Shown here piece by piece: positions 38,375 to 51,950 of a DNA stretch of 64,000 bases. Under the pieces are notes generated by a model. The model was given only the letters and a program-made list of their open reading frames with translations, was not told where the DNA came from and searched no databases. The DNA lies in assembly GCF_030028105.1 (NCBI RefSeq), contig NC_092371.1, positions 129,409,025-129,473,024 on the forward strand, read 5' to 3'. Source of the stretch: Mobula birostris. Taxonomy: Eukaryota. The position numbers and the translations under genes were made by a program. Every line of letters starts with the position of its first letter. Position 1 is the first letter of the stretch.

Positions 38375-39789
38375 ACCTAGTACATCCCTGTATCTTCTAT
38401 TAGCTATTCTTGAACCATTTCCCTGATTTTTTGTGTGCTGTTTCAACTATGCATTCATTATTTGAATGTTAGTCACTGTTTGTTTACTGACACAATTTTA
38501 GAAACAGACAATCAATATAAATTAGGTTCAGTTTTAACCTTCCTGATTTTCTGGCCTTGTTCAGTGTAGTTTGTGGATACCAATATCTTCCCATGCATTG
38601 CTCCTACCTGGTTCAATGCACCATAGGCATTCTAATATAGGACCACAAAGCATCTTTGCCCAGGTTGACTGCATCCTTAACAGGGCAGGGCCAAAGGAGC
38701 AAGAATCTACCAAAGTTTGTTTCCTGCCAATTGTGGGGCTTGAATAATATACAAATACTAAATCAGAAACAAGAGAAGCAGAAAACGTGAAAGGATTTTC
38801 TCAAATGTAGTCTCACAGTTACCTCTTTCAATATGGCGTAACAGAAATCTTCCGCCATTGTACTGCAGGGAGAACAACATTGTTCTGGGATGAGTTTACC
38901 AGAACGATACCAAAGATGAGGGCCTGGTGGTTAAGTGGAAAGAACAAAGCAACTGGGAGTTTTTCCTTCAACAGTGGAAGGTGAAGAGGAGATTTACAGA
39001 GTTTTTCCAAATTACGATGCCTTTGTTAGAGAAAACACAAGAAAACACTCTTGTAAGCACAGGTTTAAGATAGTTACAAAAACTAGAGGGAAGTGAGGAG
39101 AAATTTGTTCAAAAAGGATGCGAATTTAGTTCTGGAATACAATACCGAGATTGAAGAAGAATTAATTCCAATAGGATGTCCAAAAGACAACTATAAATTT
39201 AAGACTAACACAGACTTATGGGGTAAAAAGCTGATTTCAGAATAAATACGACAAATCTGTCAAAACGACTCTACAAATATAATAGAATGAATGGCAGTTT
39301 TTGTTGCTACAAGATTCACTAAGCTGCTGGAGAAAGTGGTAGATATGGACACAAGTACAAAGTTCAAAGGACATTTACACAGGTAGCCAGATCAAAATGA
39401 GGGATATGAGCCAAACACAGGCAAATAGGACTAGTTAAGGAAGAATACTTGAATGGCATAGATTAGTTGAGATGAATGACCTGTTTCTTCTCTATGACCC
39501 TCCACGACCCTGTAACATATCATAGCAGCATCCTGCTGCTTCAGCTTACTATGCTAAACAGCACAGAGGCGTGTGGCAAATAAATCTCTGTACATATAAC
39601 ACAACACAAAGGCTGGGATCAAGATGCTCACCATGCCCCCTCGCCCTCCAAAACTGCAAAAAAATTGGATCCAAAGTTGAGGACATTCACAGTACCATCG
39701 ATATCAAGGAGAAAATTGTCAAATAATATCAGCAAACAAGTTTTGAACACAAAATGACAAAACGAAGCTCAGAATAAGTCTTTCTTTAC

Positions 39790-39898
39790 CAGAGACATTT
39801 TTTCTTTCCTTCTGTGGCCACCTTGTGTGCACCTGGATATGCACGTTTTTGACTTCCACTCTCCACTGCCACCACATCACTTGATGATGCTTGTAAAC
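39790..39898 (-). CDS. sde2: sde2 exon 5
   Basis: GLQASSSDVVAVESGSQKRAYPGAHKVATEGKKKCLW; ag/gt boundaries, phase 1 to phase 2. Confidence 0.88.
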
Positions 39899-40483
39899 CT
39901 CAAGAGAAATACAGAATTTAAAGATACCTCACACAGTGCCAGTTTGACTTTCCAAGAATTATCTATGTGGGTAATGCAGGAAAAAAATAGCCTCGCTTTT
40001 TAAGTGGTAGACAACCTATTAGAAAAATTTCTTAGGGTTTCTGAACATTTGGTGAAGCTAAATTACTGTCCCTGAAAGCATTAAATACTGCTGATTAACT
40101 AGTCTGTATTGCACAGCAGCTCAGAATCATATGGCTGCAAGACAACGCAACTCCTAGATCACTGCTCACGCATTTCAACCCACGATGGCCAGGGCTGAAG
40201 TAATGGCTGGCTGATCTGGAGCACTTTTAGGGAGCTCCGCTGGCAGAAAGGGAAGCTTCAGTCCCCAAAAACACAGCCAGGTTGTCAAATCAATCTTCAA
40301 TGTTTTGGTACCATAAACTCAACATTGCCCACGATAGTCATTTTGATACTGCCTTTCACAACCTTATGACCTGGCACACTACAGGCGAGGAGTTCTCTGG
40401 CTACAGCTGTGACACGGGAAATAGCGCAGCTGATTTGCAAACAGCAAATATTCCAGATCAAGATTAGGCAAACACAACTATAC

Positions 40484-40653
40484 CTTTAAGCACAGAGTCC
40501 TCTAGTCGCTCTGACATCTCGTCCAGCTGCTGCTCGTACTGTGGGTCAGTGAAGTAGTGCTTAGGCTCGGCGAGCCTGCGCTGCAATCGTTCCAGTCGCC
40601 TCTGCTCTTTCTCTGTCTCCCGCTCTGCCTGCTTCTTTATCCATTCAGCCATT
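40484..40653 (-). CDS. sde2: sde2 exon 4 (coiled coil)
   Basis: [57 protein letters not shown]; phases consistent. Confidence 0.95.
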
Positions 40654-42250
40654 CTGCACAAAAGCAGACGCAGTCCGTAATAGGCTGTCCATGGTCAAGT
40701 TCATTTTGCCCACAAGTTGGAAATATACACAAGTATCACTCAGCTTAGTTGGACTTTTGAATTTAACAATATTATGTGAATGCATTCATATGTATGGTGT
40801 CCATAAGCGGCTCTCAGAACCCAGGGACAAGCTATACACGACTATAAACCTATCAGCTATCTTATCAACTATCACCTCTCCTGCTTCTTCCTTGGTCAGG
40901 TAGACAAGTAATGTAGCAAAGCTGCTTAACAACAAGCAATAAACGCTGTAAACTTCAGAAGAAAGCCCATCATGTTTTTTCAGTACTTGGATAACCAACA
41001 GCACTTCATAGCAACCTGAAGTGTCAACTCAATTATTTCTTCACCATAGCAAACATGAAACTAATTATCATGCAGCAAGCTCCTGCAAACAGCAGTGAAG
41101 TAATGACTAAATAACATTTATACTGATATCCATGTGACCAAGGAATCTTCAAAGAAAGGCATTGGTTTTATGACCTATTAAAAACAGTCATTCCACAGCA
41201 TTGTACTGGCACGGAACCTGAGATATGTCAATTGCAGAGTGAGAGGTTCTGACTTCAACACAAAATGCTGGAGGAACTTGGCAAGTCAGGCAGCATCTAT
41301 GGAAGGGAATAAACAGTCGATGTTTCGGGCCAAGACCCTTCATTTTGTGTGTGTTGCTCTACATTGCCAGCATCTGCAGAATCTCTTGCGACTCTGACTC
41401 AAAGAGTGCTTCTAGGGGCAACAATGACTGACCTTAGTCAACTCATATCAGTCAGTGTCGCCCAAAGACCCATAGATGTTGGAAATCAAGGTTTTTGATC
41501 CGAAGCATTGGTTTCTTGTTCTACAAGTGCAGAGTACTTCCAGAATTTTTGTTTTTACTTCATCTCGGTAAGCTTCTTAAGTCAAAACCCAATCTCTTCC
41601 CAGCCAGTAGATAATGAGGACTAACAGGCAACAAGCTCTTCACTGAACAGAGGCAAGTACATCAGTTCAATTCATGGATATTCACCTTGATTAGTTCACA
41701 AAAAGCAGTTAATCAGTTCACCAGATGAACACTTGTACTCCTGCCCAAACCTTCTCAACAATTGTTCACTGCTCAGTGACACAAGATGTCATCGCAATGA
41801 GCCAAGTGGAGGTGCTTTCTCCTCCACCCAAGTATCTTCAGCTGTGAGAACTGAGTCAAGTCCTGTAAAATCAACCAGCAAGGTGCCACTTCAAGGCCAG
41901 TCAGTTCACATGAATGGACAGGAAATGGCAAGCTGATCTCACCCACCTGTCACGGTATCATCAGTGGAGTCTAGGATGGCTCTTTCATGTCTGGCAAAAC
42001 TGTCACAGAGGAAATCTGGACTACCAGATTCAAGAACAGCTTCTTTCTCACTGCAGACTCCTGAACCAATCATCTCTATCACATCCCCTCCCTGGGGGTG
42101 CTACCACTCTCTGGCTTCTCTCTCTCAGCTAATCTGTTGTCACTTCAGCATTTCTTATGTACTACAATGCATTGTCATATTTGTTATCATGTATAACGTT
42201 TAGTCTCTGAACATGTAAGCAAGCAAATTCATCACACTGTGCGTATAAAT

Positions 42251-42354
42251 GACGATAAACTAATCTGCGTCTGAGACTAAGACTGAGAGCAAGCTCTCAA
42301 CAGACGATAAACTAATCTGCGTCTGAGACTAAGGCTGAGAGCAAGCTCTCAACA
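42251..42354. repeat. 52-bp tandem duplication (1 mismatch)
   Basis: gacgataaactaatctgcgtctgagactaag(a/g)ctgagagcaagctctcaaca x2. Confidence 0.95.
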
Positions 42355-42365
42355 GAAAGCCTTAC

Positions 42366-42477
42366 GCTTTTTCATGGTTTACATCCCGCAGCCTCCTTCC
42401 ACTCAAATCTCGGCATGCCTCTCGATTTGTAGTTTTCTCGATCTGTGCTCCCAGTGCACGAAGCATTGACCCGAAAC
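42366..42477 (-). CDS. sde2: sde2 exon 3
   Basis: [38 protein letters not shown], the highly conserved SDE2 motif; cag| acceptor and |gtaag donor. Confidence 0.96.
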
Positions 42478-42616
42478 CTGCAGAATGCAAAGACTGAAAA
42501 TGTTATAAAAGCTGAAGGTTCTACTAGTACTCACACTGCTATTCAATCAGTTAAAGAGTTACATCACTGCTGGAGATGATCTAGTCCATTACAGCCAAAA
42601 AAAAGAACTACTCATA

Positions 42617-42830
42617 AGCAAGAGAAAAGCTGCAGATGCTGGAAATCCAAGCAACACACACAAAATGCTGGAGAAACTTAGGCCAGGCAGCACCTATGGA
42701 AAAGAGTACAGTCGATGTTTTGGACTGAGACCCTTCATTGATGAACTGGCTTGGCCCAAAACGTCAATTGTTTACCCTTTTCCACAGATGCTGCCTGGCT
42801 GCTGAGTTCCTCCAGCATAATGAATGTGTT
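42617..42830. mobile_element. palindromic Penelope-terminus-derived mini-element (similar copies at ~8445-8585, 27750-27960, 41258-41390, 53380-53525)
   Basis: Arms atgctggag..ccaggcagca.ctatggaaaag and cttttccacagatgctgcctggctgctgagttcctccagcat face each other around hammerhead-core remnants. Confidence 0.65.
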
Positions 42831-43809
42831 ATTCAGCCCAATCCCATTTCTGAACTGAGCTGATAACCCGATAGTTTCACTCCTCTTCCAGATGTGCATT
42901 TCTGCCTCCACCTAGCTTTCAAGCAGAGAGTTCTAGATCACCACCTTCTTGTGAAATCATTTCCATTAACATTCCTCATTATGTCTTTCAATTACCTTAA
43001 ATCTGGACTTGTTAATTGACTGCTACGTCAAGGGAAATGTGAGGAATGTCTTTCTGTTCATAACTAAAGATCCTCAGCTCCTGGGAACATTCCTACAACC
43101 CCCTTCTGCCCTGTCTCTCATGCTTCCAGTAATCCAGCATGATCTCACGGTTCTTGTACTCTTTGCCTTGGCTAGAAAGAGGAACATCTCTTACTTTAAT
43201 GATCCCATTTACCATTTGTATTATCATCAGGGGCAAATGAACTCCAGGACTTCTCTGCCTGTGTATTCTCTAGCCTTGCTTGCATCCGACAAATACATTC
43301 ACACTGAACTCCAGTTGTCTACCTAGCCACTGATATCTCCCTGCAATCTCCCATGTTCCCTTTAATTATCAACCATATAGCCAATTCCTTTCTCATAGCT
43401 CCCACAGCCAAGTGTAACTCGTAATATGGAACGTAATAGAACATAGGACAGCACAGGATCAGGCCTTCTGGCCCATGAGGTCCGTGCTGACCATAATAAC
43501 TAACTGACACTGAAACTGTTTCTTTGACTGGCGGTCTGTCAACTTTACTTCTCTGCTTTCTGTCACTGAGATGATTTTTTTTTTAACCCAAATGGGTCTT
43601 ACCCTTTGGGTTTTTACTTTACTGATCAATGTGATATGCAAAACCTTGAAAAAACTAAAATATACTCACCAAAATGTGTATCCTTATTAACTTTAAAATA
43701 ATCTATTGTCAAGCTATGATGGTCCTTTGGCTGACTGTCCTCTATCAACATCGATTCTTTAAATGGTGAGTTATGCTTTAACTAGAAGGCATTCATGCCC
43801 ACAAATGAG

Positions 43810-44220
43810 TCATAGAGTAATACCACAGGAAAACAGGCCCTTCAGCCCAACTCATCCATGCCAACCAAGCTAGTCCCATTTGCCTATATTTGTTTGGCCC
43901 ATGTGCCTCTAAATCTTTCCTTTCCAAATGTCGTTATCATACCTGCCTCAGCCACAATCGCTGGCAGCTCATTCCATTGACCCACACACAACCCTTTGTG
44001 GGAAAACGTTGGCCCTTTTAAATCTTTCCCATGCCACTTTAAACATATTCCCTCAAGGTCTAGGTTCCCTTCCCCTGGCAGAAAGTCTGTCTGCATTCAT
44101 CCTATCTATACCTCTCATGATTTTATACACCTCTACAAGGACACCACTTAATCCCCTACGCTCCAAGGAATTAAATTCTAGCCTGCTTAACATCTCCCTC
44201 TTATTCAGGCCTTTGAGTCC
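43810..44220 (-). mobile_element. CR1 LINE 3' end
   Basis: SLERRGLSGVLVEVYKIMRGIDR, WNELPAIVAEAG. Similar CR1 3' remnants at ~31380-31700, 32550-33660, 34180-34420, 36150-36560, 57220-57470, 58020-58390, 59140-59350, 61700-62105 and 62640-63150. Confidence 0.7.
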
Positions 44221-44714
44221 TGCAACTAGAAGACAACATGTTGAAGACACGATGAGATTTACTCAATTTATTGCTCCCCTCACTTTTTGCATAACTGCTC
44301 CTCATCAGCAGTGTGTGTGCTCTGACAAAATCTGCAGCAAAAGGCATTTAGAAAATGGTGGCCAGAGCCTCCTCTGTTTTTGCCATTGCTCTGTTTAAGC
44401 AATAAGACAATAGAATTGGGTGCTGTTACACAAGAAATAATACAATGACCTTACAAATCACACAAGATACTTGTAGTCTTATAGAGCAGCTCGTGCTTCA
44501 TACCTGGCTTAGCCAGACCAAACACTCACGCAGTTCAGAGATTGAATCAGATGAAATTCCAAAGGATGAGTATCAAGTTTAGACAGGAGAGGGTATTATT
44601 ATTGCATCCTCCCCCACCCCATCACTTTAATACAATAATTTCTATGGAGTCACAAGACCTCACCACTCACAAGAACAGTGACACTAATGCAAACAGCAGA
44701 CTCTCCTATTTTAC

Positions 44715-44832
44715 CTCCTTTTCCTCCGACCAGTCTCGGTTCCACACTGTAAACCGCCCCATCATGAAGGTCTGCATCTTCAGCAACCAGCTTTCCATTA
44801 CATTTTAGGTAAATATCGGCAGCAGGGAAGCC
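44715..44832 (-). CDS. sde2: sde2 exon 2 (end of UBL domain, GG|KGG processing site)
   Basis: GFPAADIYLKCNGKLVAEDADLHDGAVYSVEPRLVGGKG; ag/gt boundaries present. Confidence 0.93.
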
Positions 44833-47069
44833 CTATATTCAGAGAGTATAGGTGGAATAAATCACATTTGGCTGAGTCCATACATGCCCTTCACATTGCT
44901 TAAAACATAACACACATTTACTGCAGAGGACACAAAACCAATAGGGATGGGGAGGTGCGGGGGGGGGTGTTCAGAGAATATGGATCAGGCACACTGGGAG
45001 GGGAGACAGAATGAGGGCACAAGATTAAACAAAAGAATGATCGAGGAACATACTGTGGGTCAGGTAGGATGTCAAACTGTGAGGATGTTGTTAAAACATT
45101 TGAATGAGAAATCTCTCATTGGATTCCTTGGTTAATAACAAACATTCTGCAGGAGGAATTCAGCAGGTCAAACAGCACCTGCGGGAGGAAAGGAATTGTC
45201 AAAGTTTCAGGTCGAAACCCCACACAGGACTCCACAGTCCTGTTGCAGTGTTTGGACCCAAAACTTACAATTATTGTCAGGCTACATATCCTTGGAGACA
45301 TCCCGTGTCAGGGCTGCACTTCACTGGGAAAGTTCATTTCCCACAAGATAGTATGCATAAGGCTTGCATACTCAAGCTGTTTTAATTGGAAAACCCTTTG
45401 CTATAAAAGGAAAGGGACATATTGCATTGCACCGCAAATATTTGGACATTAAAATTGTGGGCCACTGTTCCATTACTGTGGCTTGGAATAGATACTAAAC
45501 TGAACCTCTAATGCTGCCTGAAGCATCTGAGAAACATCTGTATGCACAACTGTGTGCTGAGACAAATAACAGCCCTGGCTACCAACACACCAGGCTTGCA
45601 AATGGAAAGCATCAATCTGAAATGACACTGCTTCTTGCTCCACAGATGCTGTCTGACCTGCTGAGTATTTTGCTGTTTACAGAAACTTGCTGTACATAAA
45701 TAAATACATACAGCCACTTGAAACACAGGAGTTAAAATAATTCATTGGCTGTAAAGCGGTGGAACAGTCAGAGGGAACATCCTCTACAAACAAGTCTTTT
45801 GACACCACTAATCTGTCTCCTGGACTATGCTCACCTCTCCTTTGGTCTCTGTGTCTCTCAGGGCCTTGATACTCTCCCTTCCCTCAGGTCACAGACCTGC
45901 TCCTAGACACCATGTTCCCACGGACCGAGATTCATGATGCAGGGATTGGCTCTCCTCCCTTCACTCCTAACCCAGAACATCCGAAGCAGGGAGCTGGAGT
46001 CACCCAACATTAGTGCCATTTTCCTGCACCATTAATTCCTTGGTATTCAAAAACCTGTTGATCTCATATTTGAATGATCTGCGACTGAGAATTTGAAGAT
46101 TGAATGCATTGTGAACAGCCTATCCCATATTTGGAGAACTCCTCCAATCACCCTGTATACAGGTTAAACTACCCAAGAATATTTTACATATCAACAAGTC
46201 ACAGAATCATTCTCCAGTGAAATAGTCCCTTTGGCTCACGAAGTTTATACTGACCATTTTCCACTTAACTGTACTAACCCCATTAGCTAGCATTTAAAAT
46301 GTAGCCTGCCAGGTCTCTTGGCAATGCAAATGCTCGTCCAAATACTTGTTAAATAGTCAGAATGGCTGCCTCTACCACTTTCTCAGTGTATTCATGATGG
46401 CAATCCCCTTCTGGGGAAACCAGTCAATCGTCACATACAATGGGACTGGAGTCTTCAGCTGAGGAAACAGTGGCAGGCTGCAACAGCTTTGCCAGGAGCA
46501 CAGGAGGCCGAAGGGTGACTTTCATAGGTTTACATATCACAAGGGCATCGGTAAGATGGTAGGTGTGACTGAGCAACCAGAGAAAGTGGTGGAGCTGGGC
46601 GGAAATACAATACTTGAAAGAAATTTGGGCAGGTTCATGGATGGGTGGGAAAGATTTTGAAGGATACAGATCAAAAGCAACCAAATGGGAGTAACGCAGA
46701 TTTGCCCTTGGTGCGAGGTCTTCAACCCGAAATATTAACAAATCATTTTCTCCCACAGGAGTTGCTCAACCTGCTGAGTTCCTCCAGCAGAATGGTTTGT
46801 TGCTTCAAACTCCAAGAGATCAGTCAAACTTGACTTTTCTTTCCTCGGTATTATTGCATAGAACCACACAGAAGGCGGCCACATCCGTGTCCTCCCTTTT
46901 TCCCCACCTAAACCCAATCTTGTTTTCCCACAATGGAACTGTACAGCCCTGAAGTCCACTCAGCCCACAATGCTGTACTGATCTTAATGCTAATTTACAC
47001 TAAATGCCCTCTTCCAGTGCATCATTCACATCCCTCCATGTGTCCATCTGAAAGCCTCAAACTCCAAAC

Positions 47070-48170
47070 CTCTGCTCTCAAATGCATCTCCCCCATTTCA
47101 CATATCTGCTCTCAAACGCATCTCCCCCATTTCACGTACATCTGCTCTCACTCCATCCTCCCGCCACCCCACTAGTAATAGGATTCCCCTGGTCCTCACC
47201 TACCACCCCACCAGCCTCCGGGTCCAACATATTATTCTCCGTAACTTCCGCCACCTCCAATGGGATCCCACCACTAAGCACATCTTTCCCTCCCCCTCCT
47301 CCACTTTCCGCAGGGATCGCTCCCTACGCGACTCCCTTGTCCATTCGTCCCCCCCCATCCCTCCCCCCTGATCTCCCTCCTGGCACTTATCCTTGTAAGC
47401 AGAACAAGTGCTACACATGCCCTTACACTTCCTCCCTTACCACCATTCAGCGACCCAAACAGTCCTTTCAGGTGAGACGACACTTCACCTGTGAGTCGGC
47501 TGGGGTGATATACTGCATCCGGTGCTCCCGATGTGGCCTTCTATATATTGGCGAGACCGCTTTGCTGAACACCTACTCTCTGTCCGCTAGAAAAAGCAGG
47601 ATCTCCCAGTGGCCACACATTTTAATTCCACATCCCATTCCCATTCTGACATGTCTATCCACGGCCTCCTCTACTGTAAAGATGAAGCCACACTCAGGTT
47701 GGAGGAACAACACCTTATATTCCGTCTGGGTAGTCTCCAACCTGATGGCATGAACATCGACTTCTCTAACTTCCACTAATGCCCCACCTCCCCCTCGTAC
47801 CCCATCTGTTACTTATTTTTATACACACATTCTTTCTCTCACTCTCCTTTTTCTCCCTCTGTCCCTCTGACTATACCCCTTGCCCATCCTCTGGGTTTCC
47901 CCCCCTCCCCCTTGTCTTTCTCCCTGGGCCTCCTGTCCCATGATCCTCTCATATCCCCTTTGCCAATCACCTGTCCAGCTCTTGGCTCCATCCCTCCCCC
48001 TCCTGTCTTCTCCTATCATTTCGGATCTCCCCCTCCCACTTTCAAATCCCTTACTCACTCTTCCTTCAGTTAGTCCTGACGAAGGGTCTCAGCCTGAAAC
48101 GTTGACTGTACCTCTTCCTACAGATGCTGCCTGGCCTGCTGCGTTCACCAGCAACTTTGATGTGTGTTGC
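47070..48170 (+). mobile_element. young Penelope-like element fragment (GIY-YIG endonuclease and terminal hammerhead) in sde2 intron 1
   Basis: CKQNKCYTCPY...RRHFTCESAGVIYCIRCSRCGLLYIGET; terminus contains CTGACGA...GAAAC at 48076-48100. Confidence 0.88.
48071..48108 (+). ncRNA. minimal hammerhead ribozyme motif, second near-intact copy
   Basis: tagtc CTGACGA agggtctcagcct GAAA c GTT gactg. Confidence 0.55.
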
Positions 48171-48499
48171 TTCCACTACTACCCATAATAACCCATCCCG
48201 GGTACCTACTACGACATAAACAAATACTTGTGAGGCACTTCAGTCTGCAGCTTGTACATTTAGGTACCTAAATGGCTTTTAATCATAGTGATTGTACCCG
48301 GATCTCCTCTAGCAACGAATTCCAGATAATAACCTCTCTCTGTATTTGGAAAAAAACTTACTCCTCAGATAGTTTTAAAACTCTTCGATCTCACCCTAAA
48401 CCCTCTTGCTCCTGATACCCCTACCGGCGCAGAAAGATTTTACATACTGTACGCTCTATCACATTAAACTCTGATTTAACCAACCACCACCCTGTGCAG

Positions 48500-49020
48500 A
48501 CAGCTGTTGCTCCCCGGTTGTCCCCGAACCAAAATTCACCCCAACACCCGCTGCCCCTCCCCGTTCCCGGGCGCTGACACTTTGGACACTTCAAGTTCGA
48601 ACCCTGGGCCCCGTCCCACGCTGCTCACTCACTTGTTGGTGGAAGCGCAGCTTCAGCTCCAGGCTGGAAGAGCCAGGCGGCAGCGTTAGAGCCACCAGGC
48701 CGGTCCCCAACCCGCGTACCCACACCTCCATGACAGGCCTGATCGACGCGCAAGCGCAGGCGCACCCGCGCGATGACGGTGGAGACGTCAACGGCGCAGG
48801 CGCACCTGCCCAGTGACGTTCGAGAGCCGACAGCGCAAGGCGGCGGCTGGGAAAGCGAATGCGCATGTGTACACACGGCAATTGGCGTGGAACTGTGCAG
48901 GGTCTGATCGGACATTGATGCACACCGCTGACGTCGTTCACATGACGTCGCGGAATAACGCGTCACGTGACACGGGTGACATTGCGCGGGAAAAGCTTTA
49001 TTTCCCGCGCGGTGGGGAGA
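48500..49020. promoter_or_regulatory. sde2 CpG-island promoter (NRF1, CRE, USF E-box, paired E2F motifs)
   Basis: GCGCAAGCGCAGGCGCA at 48748; GCGCAGGCGC at 48794; TGACGTCG at 48929 and 48943; GTCACGTGAC at 48962; GCGCGGGAAA/TTTCCCGCGC at 48984 and 49001. Confidence 0.75.
48633..48731 (-). CDS. sde2: sde2 exon 1 (N-terminal ubiquitin-like domain)
   Basis: MEVWVRGLGTGLVALTLPPGSSSLELKLRFHQQ followed by a gtgagt donor; lies in a CpG-rich promoter region; phase 0 matches exon 2. Confidence 0.85.
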
Positions 49021-51851
49021 TGAGCTTGGTTTGTTGCAAAGGGAGTGGGAACTTGTTCCAAACTTACACAGTAACACAAAGCTAGTACTGGAAAATAGAA
49101 ATAAAAGCAAGGAAATGTTGTATTCAAGCAGTAGATGCTTTCTGCATTTTAGACATATTGCTAGTCTGATACTGTATGAAGCAAAGTTAGTAAATATGGT
49201 TTGTTTTGCATTCATACGAAATATACCAACATCTTTCAATGCTGTAAAGATGAATGAAATAAAAAGGAATTGGAAAATGATCTTAGCCAGCATCTATGAC
49301 GAGGGTTAATGTTCTACAAACAGTAGAGGTTGAAGATAAATACATAGTTTATGCAATTTAGAGGGATAAAGTAAGGAACAGGGAGAAAGGGGGAAAAAAA
49401 CAAAATAACAGCAAGTGCTGGAAAAAAGCAACATGCATGGAGAGAGAAAGGTAACTTGTTGGAACTGTAAAAGAGACTTTAAGCTTCAGAGAAAGGGACA
49501 GGATGCCTGGATGGAATAAAAGATTAGACCCAGGTGTCTGGAGGTGTGAGGCAGCACTCTACCAGATGCACCACCATACTGTCCCAGAGTAGAAAGCTGA
49601 GCAAGGTGGAGTATGGCTGTTCAGGTTATGAAAATTTGCACTTACAAAATTCACAAATCACTACCCAATAATTTGAAATACAGAATAAAATTCACTCTTA
49701 CAGAATTTACATGGGGTAAAATGTAAGCAAATGTAAAATGTACTTTGACAGAGTAGATTTGCTTTCTGGAAAATTGTTTTCTAGGAATTTCCTTGGATGA
49801 GCCGTGACGATGTGGGTTGTAGACTGAAAACTGGGAAGTGGCACTTTAGAACAATGTAGGCACATTGGGCTGAACAACTGCCTTCAGTACAATGATTCTA
49901 ACGAGAAGTTGGTTTTATTATTGTTGAACATCAGCAGTGAAACCTCTACTAGGGCGTTACAATTGTGACACCTACCAAGATACGGTTTGCGTTCCTTCCA
50001 CCCCAATCAGCGTGTCGAGGTAGTGAAGGGGAAGGGGAAAGGGCAGTGCAGGCTGGCAAATGAGGTGCAAGGGCCATGACCTGACTGAGTTACCCCGTGA
50101 GAGTCTTAGCACAGCGGGGTAGAAGCTGTCCCAGTGTCTGGTGGTATGCGCAATCAGATTTTGTTATTTCTGCCCAATGGGAGGGAGGGAGGGAGATGAG
50201 GGAGTAACTGGGCTGGGAGGGGTCCTTGATTATTTTGGCTGCTTTACAGAAGCGATGAACATTGTAGACATATTCCATGGAGAGGAGGCTGGTTTTCATG
50301 ATATGCTGAGCTGTGTCCAGAACTCTCTGTAGCTTCTTGCCTACAAAAGCTTTCTATAAAAGCTTTATGGGATATATTGCATTGACCGAAGCCTTAATGT
50401 CTTTTCCAAATGATAATCTTGTGCATAAATAAACAAACCTCCCTAACCACCAGCTGACAGGTAGTTTAACTTTGGTCTTCCTGCATATTGAACTTAAATA
50501 TCTTATTCCAAGACCCTCCTTATTCATTTCCCATTTCAGTTCCCGTCGCTGTGCTCCAGCCTGTCTCCTGGGCCTATGTAAAGGAAAGTTATAAATTCCC
50601 GAGGAGACTTGGGTCTCCTAGTTGTGAGGGACTATATGACGGGGGGGGGGGGGGGGGAGATGTTTCCTTTTGTGGGGAGATATAGAACAAGACGTCTGGG
50701 TGGGGGGGGAGCAAAGGGTCAGCACCGAAGAAAGAGATGAGATGACAGGTTTTTAGAAATCAACTGGGTCTGAGGACAGTCAGGAATGGGCTATAAACAT
50801 TCCCACCTTGAAGAGTAAATGTAACAGTGTGCAGCTCAAACAGAGAGGGGACAGCCTAGCACTCCATTTCCAGGGAGTGAGGCTGAGCAGACGGGAGGGG
50901 GGAGTAATGAGAGAACTTTTCCATCAGATTTAACAAAGGTCCAAAACTAAACAGTGGTGCAACCGCTGCCTCACAGCGCCGGCGACCCGGAATCAACCTT
51001 GACCTCCGGCGCTGTCCGCACCTCCTCGCTACCACAGGTCTCCCGAGTGCTGCAGCCTCCCCCAACGTCCCAGCTAAAGTGGCTGCTGTAAGATAGCTCC
51101 AAAGACCTCATTCCCTGGGAGAGGGAGATGGGATGGGCCACGCCCTGTGATAGCCCGAAGAAAGACCGGCCCAGGACACAGGGCTCCGCTGAACTGCTGT
51201 TCACAGCTCTACCCTAAGCACCAGTGCAGATTGGCAAACAAGCAGCAAAAATAAGACGGGCCAAATGGCCCGTCTCTGCGCTGCATAGTTGGAATCCTAT
51301 CTGAAACCAATGCCGGAAATGTGGTAGCCGCTCTGTACACAGAAACTCACACAAACATTCTAATAGTTATCCATAATCTCTTTTATCTCCAGAATTTAGA
51401 GATAAATGTTGACCTCAGGACCGCAGAGACGGCACGGCATCGAGAAATAGTGCTATGGGATCTCCTCAGTTCTGAGAGTACTTTTAGAATCGCCCTGGAA
51501 GGTCAAATCCCCACTTTTCGGTTAACGAGCTTCCCGTGCCCGTGGAAACACGGGACAGTCTTCGGCGATGGCGGGGAGAGGTGAAAAGAAACCGAGCTTT
51601 GCGTGCTCTTTAAAACGCCATCAAAAGCAAAGCTGCCGGGACGTTTCTCGGGGCCGCGCTGCTGGAAGGTGTATCAGCCCAGCAGTGTAGGGACGAGGGA
51701 AAGAGAGCAGGGGCTGACCGCTCTCCCCGCCGGGCGAGCCCCTCGCCTTTCGGACTCGGGCTGCGAACGCACCCAGCCCGGTGGGTGTGTGCCCTGGGCA
51801 CAGAGGAGGGAGGGAGGGAGGGTTGTTCGCAGGAGCTTCTGGGAAGCCCTC

Positions 51852-51950
51852 GACAGCCATTTTCTGCAATTGTGTTTTCCAGCGAGAGAGGAATATCTGC
51901 TGTTTTTGCTCGAAAAGAGGCTCGGACGGAGGGGAACCAAGAGCGAATAG
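51852..51950 (+). other. h3f3a: h3f3a non-coding exon 1 within a CpG-rich promoter (~51400-52200)
   Basis: CAGCCATTTTCTGCAATTGTGTT (YY1-type CCATTTT; resembles the mammalian H3F3A 5' leader as I recall it); strong donor TAG|gtgagt after 51950. The 5' end is approximate. Confidence 0.7.

Noticed and set aside
48625-49293. 222-aa minus-strand ORF across the sde2 promoter
   Set aside because: Out of frame with sde2 exon 1, no recognisable domain; most likely a chance ORF in GC-rich sequence.
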